Source: an uncultured virus (IMG/VR IMGVR_UViG_3300030117_003229)
Taxonomy: Duplodnaviria > Heunggongvirae > Uroviricota > Caudoviricetes
Reading direction: 5' to 3' (one strand)
Virus record (IMG/VR): IMGVR_UViG_3300030117_003229
Location: 1 to 64,000 of that record
Length of the DNA: 64,000 nucleotides
In this document: positions 28,793-38,650 of the stretch, piece after piece
Layout: every line of letters starts with the position of its first letter
Position numbering within the stretch: position 1 is the first letter of the stretch
Translations under genes and position numbers: made by a program
Notes under the pieces: model-generated
Seen by the model: the letters and a program-made list of their open reading frames with translations, nothing else
Database searches by the model: none
Told to the model about the DNA's origin: nothing

Positions 28793-29763
28793 TACCTATA
28801 AATCTGTCCACTGCGCACAGTTCCCATCTGCACATCATCTGACTGAAATGTAATAGACCATTCATCATTTAACGTATATACACCAGCTTGAAAACGAATT
28901 AGCGCACCATATGCAAGTGCTTGATAATCACCATTCATTACTTCTGCATCTACTGATTTATGCCTGCGTAATCCAGTGTCATCCTTAGTAAAAACATCAT
29001 ACTTAACTGTTGATGCAGTTCCAGGACTAAATGTACCTGCTGTACTAATGACCACACGCACCTCATCATAATCTGTGCTAGGTGGTCCATACATTTTAAT
29101 ATCTTCGATATATCCAGTAGTTGATCCATTAACACTTACCTCACGTATTACACCAGATTCACTTCTAAACGATGTTTCATGCCACATAACATAATCACGT
29201 CTTTTTAACTTAGTAAGTAAACCATCCTCACCTAAAACCAATTCATCAAGCTCCGCAGCTTTCTCTGAATCTTGACTGCGCACTAAATCAGCGCAGGCTA
29301 ACAAAGCATTGCATCGAATTACTATGAAGTCATATGGCCTATCTGCTGCGCCTTGATAATTAGAATTACCACGCTTGTATATAGGACGATTCAAAAAACT
29401 GCGCATATGATCAGCTTGTTCTTTTACTACGCGTGTTTTTAAATCTTCCCAATCCTGACCAGCTTCAAATACACTGCTATTAAGCGCAGCTACTGAGCTA
29501 GATGCTAAAAAGAAATCAACAGAATCAGTTGATTCACTGTATTTAAATTCGTTATCTGCGTTTGGAGTATCAGTCACTTTTGTCATTTCTACTCCATCTT
29601 TGTATAAGTTTTCTATATATCCTGTGTTACTTAGCCTATACGTATTTCCACTAGGATTAGACCAATTGGACATTAGTACACGTTTACGATCATAGCGATC
29701 TATATCACTAACAATTGCTTGTAAATCAGTTGTTATATTACAAAATGCGGTTAAATAACTCAT
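28792..29763 (-). CDS. Head-tail adaptor-like structural protein
   Basis: Homolog of 60089..61078 (LNSSVFEA..DW.DLKT). Confidence 0.6.
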   Translation of the reverse strand: MSYLTAFCNITTDLQAIVSDIDRYDRKRVLMSNWSNPSGNTYRLSNTGYIENLYKDGVEMTKVTDTPNADNEFKYSESTDSVDFFLASSSVAALNSSVFEAGQDWEDLKTRVVKEQADHMRSFLNRPIYKRGNSNYQGAADRPYDFIVIRCNALLACADLVRSQDSEKAAELDELVLGEDGLLTKLKRRDYVMWHETSFRSESGVIREVSVNGSTTGYIEDIKMYGPPSTDYDEVRVVISTAGTFSPGTASTVKYDVFTKDDTGLRRHKSVDAEVMNGDYQALAYGALIRFQAGVYTLNDEWSITFQSDDVQMGTVRSGQIYR

Positions 29764-29954
29764 GCTAATGCAATTCCTATGTTCATATTATTAGGTAAAA
29801 TGGTGACATCTGGTATATCTACGCAGATAATTAGTGCAAGCATCGTTGCTATAATGGTGTCTTGATCATTGCGTGGATCATCTAGTGATATTGCTAATTC
29901 TTTTAATTCTAACATTATTTCAATTAATCGATCTATTTTCTGCGAATCATCCAT
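29760..29954 (-). CDS. Hypothetical protein
   Basis: Coupled ORF. Confidence 0.45.
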   Translation of the reverse strand: MDDSQKIDRLIEIMLELKELAISLDDPRNDQDTIIATMLALIICVDIPDVTILPNNMNIGIALA

Positions 29955-30429
29955 ATTTCTTAACTATTTCAATAAATTTCTCTGGCGTACCAGCACCTTT
30001 TGCAGTATTGTAAAATACCTTCCATTGCTGCGCTTGTTCTTCCAAAGTTCGTGGTAGTGACTTAGGTACTCGCCAGTAATGTAATCTGCAAAAAACAATT
30101 TGCGCAGCAATATTAACTGTTAAAATGTAACGCCAGTCCTCTTCATTTGGATCAATAAAATATTTCCAATCTATCTTGCATACATCCGCTACCTTTTTCA
30201 TTAATGATTCTCTATATTGCAAATAGTCTTTGATCATCGAAATGCCCACCCAAGGTTCAATTTGGGCAAAGCCGACCGCAGGTCCTTTGATTTGCTTTAG
30301 ATAAACGTATTTTGACTCCACTAAACCAGTATTATATACTAGGTCTAAGGCTTTAGGATCAGCGTATTTATCACCTAGTTTCTGTAGGACATCGTTAATG
30401 ATGCCGCGCATTTGCTTTTTATCGACCAC
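29947..30429 (-). CDS. Lysozyme-like protein (putative endolysin)
   Basis: TGLVES..YL.Q..GPA.GF.Q.EP...CRLHYWR...WK.FYNT..GAG. Confidence 0.65.
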   Translation of the reverse strand: MVDKKQMRGIINDVLQKLGDKYADPKALDLVYNTGLVESKYVYLKQIKGPAVGFAQIEPWVGISMIKDYLQYRESLMKKVADVCKIDWKYFIDPNEEDWRYILTVNIAAQIVFCRLHYWRVPKSLPRTLEEQAQQWKVFYNTAKGAGTPEKFIEIVKKYG

Positions 30430-30505
30430 GTTTCATCCCACGCTTCATTTTCTTCTTCTTCTTTTTCTTACCTTTTTTCTTGCTATGTCCATAATGATAC
30501 GGCAT
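30419..30505 (-). CDS. 28-aa Lys-rich micro-protein (MPYHYG family)
   Basis: Homolog at 44044..44133; coupled TAATG start. Confidence 0.65.
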   Translation of the reverse strand: MPYHYGHSKKKGKKKKKKKMKRGMKRGR

Positions 30506-30753
30506 TATCTTGCGCTCCTTACTTTGCTTCTTGTTCTTTTACTATACTTAGCGCGTTGCTTACCTCGTTTGCTCGCAGCACGCTTTAATCTGTTCTCATA
30601 AGCCTTTTGTGACTTACTCAAACCTTTACGTACACTCTCAGGTAAATACCTACCACGCTTCCTGCGCGGTTTCTTCTCGTCACCTTTAGTGACATATCCC
30701 CACTTTTGTTTGGTCCACTTACGTAAACTTTTCTGTGACTTCTTTAGTGCCAT
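30505..30753 (-). CDS. Highly basic protein (DUF5872-like)
   Basis: QKSLRKWTKQKW...RYLP. Confidence 0.6.
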   Translation of the reverse strand: MALKKSQKSLRKWTKQKWGYVTKGDEKKPRRKRGRYLPESVRKGLSKSQKAYENRLKRAASKRGKQRAKYSKRTRSKVRSAR

Positions 30754-30941
30754 TATCTGTATCCACCACCTGCGCGCTTATATGCTAAAGCTAACATCTG
30801 CGCCTTCCTAGCACTCCATTGTCCTGCACGCCCACCTTTGTTACCTGCTTTGATACGATTAAAGATTCTTTTACGTAACGCAGGCTTTGTGTAGTTACCT
30901 GCTTCGTTTACTCTTGATTTAGATCTTTTCTTTTTTCTCAT
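30753..30941 (-). CDS. Highly basic protein (DUF5872-like)
   Basis: NYTKP.LR...GQWSARKAQMLA..YK..GGGY. Confidence 0.6.
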   Translation of the reverse strand: MRKKKRSKSRVNEAGNYTKPALRKRIFNRIKAGNKGGRAGQWSARKAQMLALAYKRAGGGYR

Positions 30942-31111
30942 TTACCCACCTTCTTCATTGCACTGGTATGTGACTGACTAAACGTAGCACCTCTGCGCAT
31001 TGCTGCTACCATAGATCGTAAATGCTTTGCAGTGTGATGCCTTGCATGTCTGCGCATTGCTGCTACTTGTCTTTTACTTAATCCTGTTACGCTAATACCT
31101 TTTACTTTCAT
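30938..31111 (-). CDS. 57-aa basic His-rich protein (not in ORF track)
   Basis: MKVKG.SV.GL.KRQ...HHT.KHLR; homolog at 43142..43315. Confidence 0.7.
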   Translation of the reverse strand: MKVKGISVTGLSKRQVAAMRRHARHHTAKHLRSMVAAMRRGATFSQSHTSAMKKVGK

Positions 31112-31407
31112 TACCATTTTACTCTGTTTGCCCAGTAAGCCGCACTCATCTTACCTTTAGCTATATTTCTTGCGTGTCTTGCCTTAAATGACCTGCGCTT
31201 TGCTTTCATGCGTGCAGACTCGCCTTTGCGTGGCTTACCAGCGGTTTTTGCTCCTTGCTGACCAAAACGAATTAACTTATACCTATCACCAGATCTGGCC
31301 ATCACTACATGAGACTTAGTCTTGTGACTTGGAGTACGCTTTGGTTTATTCACTCCGCGCAATCCTAGTCTGCGCATGGTTGCCTTAACTCGTGCAGGTA
31401 CAGCCAT
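31111..31407 (-). CDS. Basic protein (DUF6321-like)
   Basis: NKPKRTP.HKTKSHVV...LIRFGQQG...AAYWAN.VKW; homolog 63170..63460. Confidence 0.7.
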   Translation of the reverse strand: MAVPARVKATMRRLGLRGVNKPKRTPSHKTKSHVVMARSGDRYKLIRFGQQGAKTAGKPRKGESARMKAKRRSFKARHARNIAKGKMSAAYWANRVKW

Positions 31408-31631
31408 TACTTTTTAAAGATTCCTGCGATTAAATCTTGAACCACTTCAGCAAACTCTTTGAATAGCTCGCCTTCTTTCTCTTCTTTGACAAATGGGATG
31501 TTAATCTTGTCATTCATTAACTGCGCCATTTTATCTGCAAACTCTTCAGACTGTGTGTAACCAACAGCTTGTTCTTTCATTTTATCTGCTTGCTCTTCAG
31601 CAACTTTTACTAACATTGATTTAATGTCCAT
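31407..31631 (-). CDS. Hypothetical protein (homolog of 62805..63032)
   Basis: EFAD...N.KI.IPFV.EEKE. Confidence 0.65.
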   Translation of the reverse strand: MDIKSMLVKVAEEQADKMKEQAVGYTQSEEFADKMAQLMNDKINIPFVKEEKEGELFKEFAEVVQDLIAGIFKK

Positions 31632-31778
31632 TTAATTTTCCTTTATCTTTTTGGTTTTTAAATACAAATAATAAATTTGCACTGCAAACATTATGCACAT
31701 GAGAACACCAGACAATAAGTCTGTCCAATATACAACTCCTAAACTTGTGCTTAATCCAGTTACTTTTAAACTATCCAT
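31632..31778 (-). CDS. Small membrane protein, holin-like (48 aa)
   Basis: Hydrophobic helix plus basic tail; counterpart at 63033..63170. Confidence 0.5.
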   Translation of the reverse strand: MDSLKVTGLSTSLGVVYWTDLLSGVLMCIMFAVQIYYLYLKTKKIKEN

Positions 31779-32095
31779 TAATTTTTCCCATTAATACGAC
31801 TTAAACTACCATCTATACGAGACACTTGATTGTCTAAGTCATTAATTTCTTTAGTCAATGCATCAAATTTACGATCTAGTTTGTCATCTGATGCATTCCA
31901 TCTATTTATTAATTTTATAATCATGCCTTCCATGTTTTCTAGTGTTTCAGACTGACCTTTATTTTCTACTTTTAAATTTTCAAGTTGTTCTTGCTGCCTA
32001 GCACTTTTATTAGACAATGAAATCACTAAATAAACAAACATAGCACCCACTACGCCTATCATTCCAGCTTCGCCATATATTGCCATAAAATCCAT
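31778..32095 (-). CDS. TM plus coiled-coil protein (holin/lysis-associated)
   Basis: N-terminal TM; only 3 aa differences from 63460..63777. Confidence 0.6.
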   Translation of the reverse strand: MDFMAIYGEAGMIGVVGAMFVYLVISLSNKSARQQEQLENLKVENKGQSETLENMEGMIIKLINRWNASDDKLDRKFDALTKEINDLDNQVSRIDGSLSRINGKN

Positions 32096-32340
32096 TACTG
32101 CACTCTTACCTCTTCCAATCTTTGATGCTTATAGCACCAATTACTATGATCGCTGATACTACCATGAAACCAATGAATAGTTGAATCAGCATCCACTATC
32201 TCTGTAAAAACTGTATTTGTAACTGTATCTTGCGGTGTCAGAGGAATGTTTCCTACTATCCATCCTTGACTGCAACTTGGTATTCCTGATATAATTAACA
32301 GGAATATCATAACTCGTACTAACAACTTTAAAATCTCCAT
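32095..32340 (-). CDS. Putative lipoprotein
   Basis: Hydrophobic leader followed by Cys (GIPSC). Confidence 0.4.
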   Translation of the reverse strand: MEILKLLVRVMIFLLIISGIPSCSQGWIVGNIPLTPQDTVTNTVFTEIVDADSTIHWFHGSISDHSNWCYKHQRLEEVRVQ

Positions 32341-32364
32341 TATCTAGTTTTTCTATTACTTTGT

Positions 32365-32658
32365 TCATAGCACCATCCACCATGCGATACCAGTTTCTAC
32401 CACTATATCAGCCATCGTATTGTATGCCCACGCTTTTTTTGTGCCATAGGTTTCTTCGTCACCTTCAATAAACCATTCAAAGATTTCCCATAATACACCG
32501 ATTATGAATACACCCATAACACACCAAAAATCTGACCAACTTAACCATTGGAATATTTTGCATAAAAACGCACCTGCTGCTAAATGGTACGCAGTCCATC
32601 CATCAAGCTGTCCTGTGCGGTATTGCCAAGACACTAAAGTTGCTAATGGATTTTTCAT
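32365..32658 (-). CDS. Membrane protein
   Basis: D.WT..H...LWEIFE...N...DI pattern, several TM segments. Confidence 0.6.
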   Translation of the reverse strand: MKNPLATLVSWQYRTGQLDGWTAYHLAAGAFLCKIFQWLSWSDFWCVMGVFIIGVLWEIFEWFIEGDEETYGTKKAWAYNTMADIVVETGIAWWMVL

Positions 32659-32948
32659 CTATCTTGTACCTTATTATTTACAATTTTATGTTTAACAATG
32701 TCGATGCGCCCATGAGAATCACAACCTTTATCTTTACATGCTTGTACGTAAGCAGTTTCTATCGTAGCAAATGAATCGGATCTTTGAGTTATCTCACCAT
32801 CCACTAATAGAAAATAATCTTTCGCAGCAGATGGATAGGTCAAAGATTTCTTTGTGCCATCAGCCATAGCAATCGTCTTTACCATTCCTGGCTTAGTATT
32901 CTTATGTATCACTACATCAAAATCTTGGGCGCATCGTCTAACAATCAT
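32655..32948 (-). CDS. Hypothetical protein
   Basis: Coupled ORF. Confidence 0.5.
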   Translation of the reverse strand: MIVRRCAQDFDVVIHKNTKPGMVKTIAMADGTKKSLTYPSAAKDYFLLVDGEITQRSDSFATIETAYVQACKDKGCDSHGRIDIVKHKIVNNKVQDR

Positions 32949-33235
32949 TAGTCGTTTTCATCCCCAGGATCATGTGGTGAGTGATCATTATTAAGCATTT
33001 CTTTCAGTTCTTTAACACCTTTTTGATGTTTGTCCACAAATACTTTTTCACATTCAACTAATTGCTGTCTCATAAAAGCGTTTGTAGATAGTTTATTTTG
33101 AACATCTGCTACATGATTTTGATACATAGCAACTTCACCTGCTTTTTCTTTTTGTAAATCAGTCATATCCTCGATAACATAATCTTTGCCATCAAGATTC
33201 AAGACTGGCTTTTTTTCTTTTTCTTTTTTAGCCAT
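32948..33235 (-). CDS. Coiled-coil hypothetical protein
   Basis: AAGGAG RBS; LDGKDY.IEDMTD motif common next to fibre genes. Confidence 0.55.
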   Translation of the reverse strand: MAKKEKEKKPVLNLDGKDYVIEDMTDLQKEKAGEVAMYQNHVADVQNKLSTNAFMRQQLVECEKVFVDKHQKGVKELKEMLNNDHSPHDPGDEND

Positions 33236-33252
33236 TTTTTACTCCTTGTTAG

Positions 33253-33498
33253 TTAAACTTCTTCAGCCTGTTTATCTGCCCATGCTTTTTTAATGTCATC
33301 TGTCCACAAAGCACTAGCTAAAGCTTGTATTTCTGCTGACTCTTCAGATACATCCATATCTGGTGAAAATGATTTTCTATTATATTTATATGAAATTTCT
33401 TTCCCATCTTCTATAATAGATGTTTTAGTGCGTACTTGAATGTGTTTGTACTCTGTACGAATTTCATAATCGTCTTTTGTTTGTTTACTTAAACTCAT
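33253..33498 (-). CDS. Tail fibre-associated small protein / chaperone
   Basis: IQVRT...EDG.EIS....R...D.S.E...QA.A..LWT; directly after the fibre gene. Confidence 0.6.
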   Translation of the reverse strand: MSLSKQTKDDYEIRTEYKHIQVRTKTSIIEDGKEISYKYNRKSFSPDMDVSEESAEIQALASALWTDDIKKAWADKQAEEV

Positions 33499-33522
33499 TT
33501 TTTATTCCTTTTAATTATCCAA

Positions 33523-36500
33523 TTAAGCTGAAAAATATGTTATTGAAACTGTAATGTTAAATGCTGTATCTACATGACTATTATTTATAAATGTAAATGT
33601 GTCATCATCTGCGACATGAGCAATCTGAAAATATTGAGTACCATCAGTAGCGTATAAAAAAGTTTTATTGTCATCAATACTTGTATTACCATGACCAGAT
33701 AAATGAACATTTCCTACAGCATACCCTGAAGTTTGGTTTAAATCGGCAAGTGCAAAAGGTAGAGTAAATCTTAAATCTCCACTTATACTATTATCAGAAG
33801 CTACTCTTACCTCACCAGTTACATGAACTTGCCTACCTATCTTTGTATAACTAAGTTGATTAAAACTTGTGTTAAAAGTCATACTTCCAGAACTTGACCC
33901 TGTAACTGCTATATCGTGATAGCCTTCTTCGTAGTCATCCAAAGTATTTGCATCTGAATCTGCATTTTGAGTAGCTGGGAATTGTAACCTACCTTTATGC
34001 AACTGTACCCTGTCGTTACCATCACTACTTCCTACTGTAAGAGTCTTTGTCATGGTGTGAGCGCTTATAACATGAAACTCTAAAGAAGAGCTATGATTAG
34101 CATTTATATTTCCAGAAGTTCCAACATTTGCGATACGAGCAGTTTCAGTTCCAGAAGTAAAATCATCTGCTGAAGATCTAAAAGCTATATGCGTCCCTGT
34201 TGTTCCTGTTGGACTGTCTGTATATCTTGCCTCAAAAGAACAAAGCTCATGTGAAGCGTTGTCATTAAAAGTAAAGGATGTAGGATTTTGCAAGTGAAAA
34301 TCACCCATATAAACTTTAGCACCACTATCTTGTGCCATATAAACATCAGTTACATCTGCATTACCAAGTGTTACTGAATTATCTGCTTGTCCTGTTGTAT
34401 TAAAACCTATTACTGTTTGATTTTGTCCAGTATTTGCTGATGGGTTAGTATCTTTTCCTATAATAATATTAGAATGACCTGAGGTCATATTGTATCCAGC
34501 CCCAGCTCCGATCGCTACATTATTATCTCCTGTAACTATGCCATTCCCCATTGCTTGACTTCCCAACATGACATTTTGATCTCCTGTGGTAAGTGCCTTA
34601 CCAGATTGATAACCACAAGCAACATTGCTACCACCTTCAGTAGCATTTTTCATAGATTCGCTTCCTATCGCAACTGAGTAATTTGCTCCTGTTGTATGAG
34701 TTCCATCTCCTAAAGCATAATATCCTATTGCTACACATTCTGCAACTGCGACACTTGCTGGGGAAGCGTACATTGCTAAATTTCCGATCGCAACATTTTT
34801 TGATGCAATAGTAGACAAACCAAGAGCATCTGCCCCTATTACTGTATTTCTTTCTCCTTCGGTTATATTTGGGGCGACAGAAGCTCCTATCGCAACATTT
34901 CTATCTGCATTTGTAATATCAGTTAATGCTTGATGTCCTACTGCTGTGTTATTTTGCGCTCCAGATACAGTTCCTGTACCCATTGCCAAATTACCAATAG
35001 CTAAATTTCTATCGGAATCATTATCACTACTTGCGTTAAAAGCAGATTTACCAAAAACTGTATTATCTGTATTGTTATCATTATTACTTAGTGAGATGCG
35101 TGAAGTTGTTTGCATTTTAAATCTAACAGTTCCAGCAACTTCAAATTGAACATCAGAATTATCTAAAATTTGCATTCTTGAAGCACTACTGTCATCACCA
35201 ATTATCACTCCTGAACTTCCACCAGCTATGTATAGATAGCCATTTGAGTGTAAATTTATACTTGCACTCGATACTGTATTATTTGTGCCACTAAATGTTA
35301 ATCTTTCTTGAAGTTGTAAATCACCAGAACTATCTATTCTCATCCTTTCAGCAACTGAACTTGAAGCTGAGGATGTCCAAAAACTAATTACACCATCATC
35401 TTTATTGGTTGTATCTGCACCAGATTCAAACCTAACAGAACTAACAACATTACTTGCTCCATCCCAAGTAGCATCTATCTTACCTAATAAATGGTCTGCA
35501 TTTGTACCAACATTACCTTCAAATAAAAGTTGTGGAGCGTATCCAGCAGTAGTATTATGTATTCTCATTGTAGCATTTTGAGTGCTTTCAATGTGCAATA
35601 AAGATTCTGGAGAAACAACCCCAATACCAAAATTTTGATTTTCGTCTATATAAACAGCATTTGTATTTGCTGTAGCTAAAACTAAAGAAGTAATGTCTTG
35701 TTTGTAATAAATTCTTGCTTCAGGATTTCCAGAAGTGTTATCAACCCTGAAATCTATCATCGGCCAATTATTAGCACCATCCGCATTACTGTCTGCCAAT
35801 AAAGTTAAATTTACATCTCCACCATTAGCTACTGTTAATCCTTGAGCTACTGGTGAAACAGTCCCAATGCCGACCGAGTTAGAGCTTGTAAAAGTAACAG
35901 GATTAGAAAATCCAACATTAATATTAGAATATGTTGCATTATCTTCTTGCTTATATGCAAATCGTAAATCTCCGCCGCCAGTAGTGTACATATCCCAGTT
36001 ATCATCTACACTTCCAGTATCACCTCTATTAGTTCTTAATCTTATTCCAGCTACTTGCTGTTGAGTAGATTGGTCAATTATAAGCTGTGGTACAGCAGTT
36101 GTACTATCAATGTGTATTTTAGATTGGGGGGAGCTATTTGAAACACCGACATTACCAGAGTTATTAATAGTTAGTTTTGCAGTTCCAAAAGTAATTGTTG
36201 AATCAGCAGAATCTGTTCCAGCAGTATAAAACTGATGTTCTCCTGTAGAACTTTGAGTATATCTTCCTACATAACCAGTATTTATTCTTTTTTCTGCACC
36301 ATCATAATACCAATTATTTGCAAGGTCAAGTTGATTATGCCCTGACCTTCCTGTTAAAACTGCACTTGTAGAAATTTGTAATGGTGTAAATATTGTCCAT
36401 GCTTCTGGAGTTGTTCCCAAGCCTAAACGACCAGAAGCATCAATTCTTGCTCTTTCAACACTATCTGTATAGAATTGTAATCCACCAGAACCAGCACTTG

Positions 36501-37071
36501 TAGTTCCTCTAAAATGTCCAATTCTTGCCTTATTACTTACTAAATCAATAAATGCTCTTTCTGTACCAGCAGTTGCTCCTGTGTCATTTACTCCTGTAGA
36601 TACTATTGCTCCTATGCTATGTATTCTTTCTTCAGGTGCATTAGTGCCAAAACCAACCTTGTTATCAGACTTAAAATACACTTGAGTAGCGCTTGCACCA
36701 TCATTATATAACTTTAAATAGGTATCGTCATGTGGTTGTATAAATCTCCATTTATTTGATCCACTTCTTTGAAATGCTAAACTTGTTTTTGAACCACTTG
36801 ATATAGTGGGATTGAGATTTAAAGTATCAGTAATTGAAACTTTAGAATTTGTGGTATCTACTATAAACACATCACCACCATCTGACGCCTTGCGTACCAA
36901 TAATGCTTCTGTATTAGTTATCTCTACAACTTGTGTACCTGATACTATTTCATCAAAGCTAAGTGATCCACCGCCTGATACTTGCAAGTCGCCACTTACT
37001 ACTAAATCGCCATCTATTGTTCCACCATTACCAAAGTCTTCAACTATGGCTTTTAACATTGTACTTTGCAT
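33523..37071 (-). CDS. Long tail fibre with adhesin-like beta-roll repeats
   Basis: N-terminus shared with 41..4192; N.A.G..A repeats; NTLDDYEEG...YTKIGRQV C-terminus. Confidence 0.85.
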   Translation of the reverse strand: MQSTMLKAIVEDFGNGGTIDGDLVVSGDLQVSGGGSLSFDEIVSGTQVVEITNTEALLVRKASDGGDVFIVDTTNSKVSITDTLNLNPTISSGSKTSLAFQRSGSNKWRFIQPHDDTYLKLYNDGASATQVYFKSDNKVGFGTNAPEERIHSIGAIVSTGVNDTGATAGTERAFIDLVSNKARIGHFRGTTSAGSGGLQFYTDSVERARIDASGRLGLGTTPEAWTIFTPLQISTSAVLTGRSGHNQLDLANNWYYDGAEKRINTGYVGRYTQSSTGEHQFYTAGTDSADSTITFGTAKLTINNSGNVGVSNSSPQSKIHIDSTTAVPQLIIDQSTQQQVAGIRLRTNRGDTGSVDDNWDMYTTGGGDLRFAYKQEDNATYSNINVGFSNPVTFTSSNSVGIGTVSPVAQGLTVANGGDVNLTLLADSNADGANNWPMIDFRVDNTSGNPEARIYYKQDITSLVLATANTNAVYIDENQNFGIGVVSPESLLHIESTQNATMRIHNTTAGYAPQLLFEGNVGTNADHLLGKIDATWDGASNVVSSVRFESGADTTNKDDGVISFWTSSASSSVAERMRIDSSGDLQLQERLTFSGTNNTVSSASINLHSNGYLYIAGGSSGVIIGDDSSASRMQILDNSDVQFEVAGTVRFKMQTTSRISLSNNDNNTDNTVFGKSAFNASSDNDSDRNLAIGNLAMGTGTVSGAQNNTAVGHQALTDITNADRNVAIGASVAPNITEGERNTVIGADALGLSTIASKNVAIGNLAMYASPASVAVAECVAIGYYALGDGTHTTGANYSVAIGSESMKNATEGGSNVACGYQSGKALTTGDQNVMLGSQAMGNGIVTGDNNVAIGAGAGYNMTSGHSNIIIGKDTNPSANTGQNQTVIGFNTTGQADNSVTLGNADVTDVYMAQDSGAKVYMGDFHLQNPTSFTFNDNASHELCSFEARYTDSPTGTTGTHIAFRSSADDFTSGTETARIANVGTSGNINANHSSSLEFHVISAHTMTKTLTVGSSDGNDRVQLHKGRLQFPATQNADSDANTLDDYEEGYHDIAVTGSSSGSMTFNTSFNQLSYTKIGRQVHVTGEVRVASDNSISGDLRFTLPFALADLNQTSGYAVGNVHLSGHGNTSIDDNKTFLYATDGTQYFQIAHVADDDTFTFINNSHVDTAFNITVSITYFSA

Positions 37072-37416
37072 TTAAACCTCTACTATTCTAACTGCACCAG
37101 TAGTGGTACTGGTTGAATTATAATTAAAATAAATTGTATTGCCTAATGCCTTTGGTATAGTAATAAATGTAAGTGTATTCTTAGGTAACAAAAGATCATT
37201 ACTAGCATTTACATTAGTTTCAGATGCAGTAAAATTAAAATATATTTCTACTGCTGAATAAACACCTATTGTGTTTGAACTGCTTGATAATAGTTTGTGG
37301 GTTGTATTATTTACATCTGCTGAACTTCCTGCTGTTCCAGCGGTTGCTACTGTCCAGCTTCCTCCAACTGTTGTATTTAGTGCTTCTTGTACAGAATATT
37401 TATGTAGGTCTGCCAT
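37072..37416 (-). CDS. Small virion protein
   Basis: Homolog of 4202..4534. Confidence 0.6.
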   Translation of the reverse strand: MADLHKYSVQEALNTTVGGSWTVATAGTAGSSADVNNTTHKLLSSSSNTIGVYSAVEIYFNFTASETNVNASNDLLLPKNTLTFITIPKALGNTIYFNYNSTSTTTGAVRIVEV

Positions 37417-37472
37417 TTTTCCTTCCTCTCTAAGCTAATGACAAAGCATGAATGAGATCGTACTTTGTATGG

Positions 37473-37691
37473 TTATTTTTTCTTTTTTGTAACTTTCTTA
37501 GCTACCTTCTTAATTGCTTTCTTAACAGATGCCTTTTTAACAGGCTTTTTATAGGGTGTAAGGTTGTTTTCACTCATTACCCTTATATACCCTTGACTTT
37601 CAAGTTCCATGAGCTTTTCAGGGTGTTTTTCAAAAACAAAATCTTCAAGCCTTTCCATTCTGTTAGTTTTTAATTGAATCCAGTATTGCAT
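37473..37691 (-). CDS. Small protein with histone H1-like Lys/Ala/Val tail
   Basis: KKPVKKASVKKAIKKVAKKVTKKKK. Confidence 0.6.
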   Translation of the reverse strand: MQYWIQLKTNRMERLEDFVFEKHPEKLMELESQGYIRVMSENNLTPYKKPVKKASVKKAIKKVAKKVTKKKK

Positions 37692-37746
37692 AAAAATCTC
37701 CTAATAAATAGGGAGGCAGATAACCACCTCCCTAAATATTTTACTT

Positions 37747-38643
37747 TTAGTCTTTGTTCCTGATTTTGACACCTCTTTTATTATCAGTATCATCTAATCT
37801 CTTAACACCATAGACTGTATCAGCGACAACCTTCATTCCAAGTGCATCGAGAGAATATTCTGACTGCACTCTTACTTCTTGCTGTACTGCACATACGGCG
37901 GCTGACTTATGAAAAATCACTCCACTAATGGTATTTGCATTTCCACCAGTTGAAAGTGTATTACTCATATATACATCTACACCGTAAAGTGAACCAACTA
38001 AACCAGTCCTTAGACCTCTATTTCCTTCACCTACTGCATCATTTCTAATGAAGTATTGAGCGATTCCAGCAGAAGGATTTAGAATATCTGCAAACAATGT
38101 AGGGTTAACTACTAATGCACATTCACCATCCATGTAAGGAATATCATTCTCACCTAATGTAGCAAGTAGTGATTCAAACTCAGCGGCTGTAATTGTGTCA
38201 TCAGCGGCTAGGTTTAGTGAATCTTCAAGGCTTGATAATTCTGTAAAAATATCAGCATCAAGCTGTCTAGCAAGAGCCTCGCCCATCATTCTAGCATACT
38301 TTTCAACGAGATCAGCTTCTGATTGGATCATTAAGACATCTTCAAAGATTTTAGCAACGTATTTGTGTTTATCTAATGCAAGTTGTGTTTCTGTTGTAGC
38401 AGTTGCATCATAAGATACATCTGAACCAGCATCTTTATCACTTGCACTTATTAAACTAATTTCTGGAACATGAACAACATCTCCAAAACCTTTTGATCCT
38501 ACTAGGGCAGAATAATCTTCTATAAGACCCCTGAACACACTTTTTCGCTCAAAGAATTTATAGATACCCTCAGACCAAATTTCCGGTATAAAATGCTGAT
38601 CAGTCGTTGTGGTACTTGCAGTACCCTGATAATGTTTAGCCAT
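37747..38643 (-). CDS. Major capsid protein
   Basis: FIPEIWS, GDVVHVP; homolog of 5003..5875. Confidence 0.85.
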   Translation of the reverse strand: MAKHYQGTASTTTTDQHFIPEIWSEGIYKFFERKSVFRGLIEDYSALVGSKGFGDVVHVPEISLISASDKDAGSDVSYDATATTETQLALDKHKYVAKIFEDVLMIQSEADLVEKYARMMGEALARQLDADIFTELSSLEDSLNLAADDTITAAEFESLLATLGENDIPYMDGECALVVNPTLFADILNPSAGIAQYFIRNDAVGEGNRGLRTGLVGSLYGVDVYMSNTLSTGGNANTISGVIFHKSAAVCAVQQEVRVQSEYSLDALGMKVVADTVYGVKRLDDTDNKRGVKIRNKD

Positions 38644-38650
38644 TTTCTAT

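Larger units (their letters stand above)
1..33500 (-). mobile_element. Phage A, siphovirus-like genome (near complete, permuted at the tail fibre)
   Basis: Complete set of head, tail, lysis and replication modules; GCGC/CpG-rich composition; AGTGTTGACA motif shared across its modules. Confidence 0.85.
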
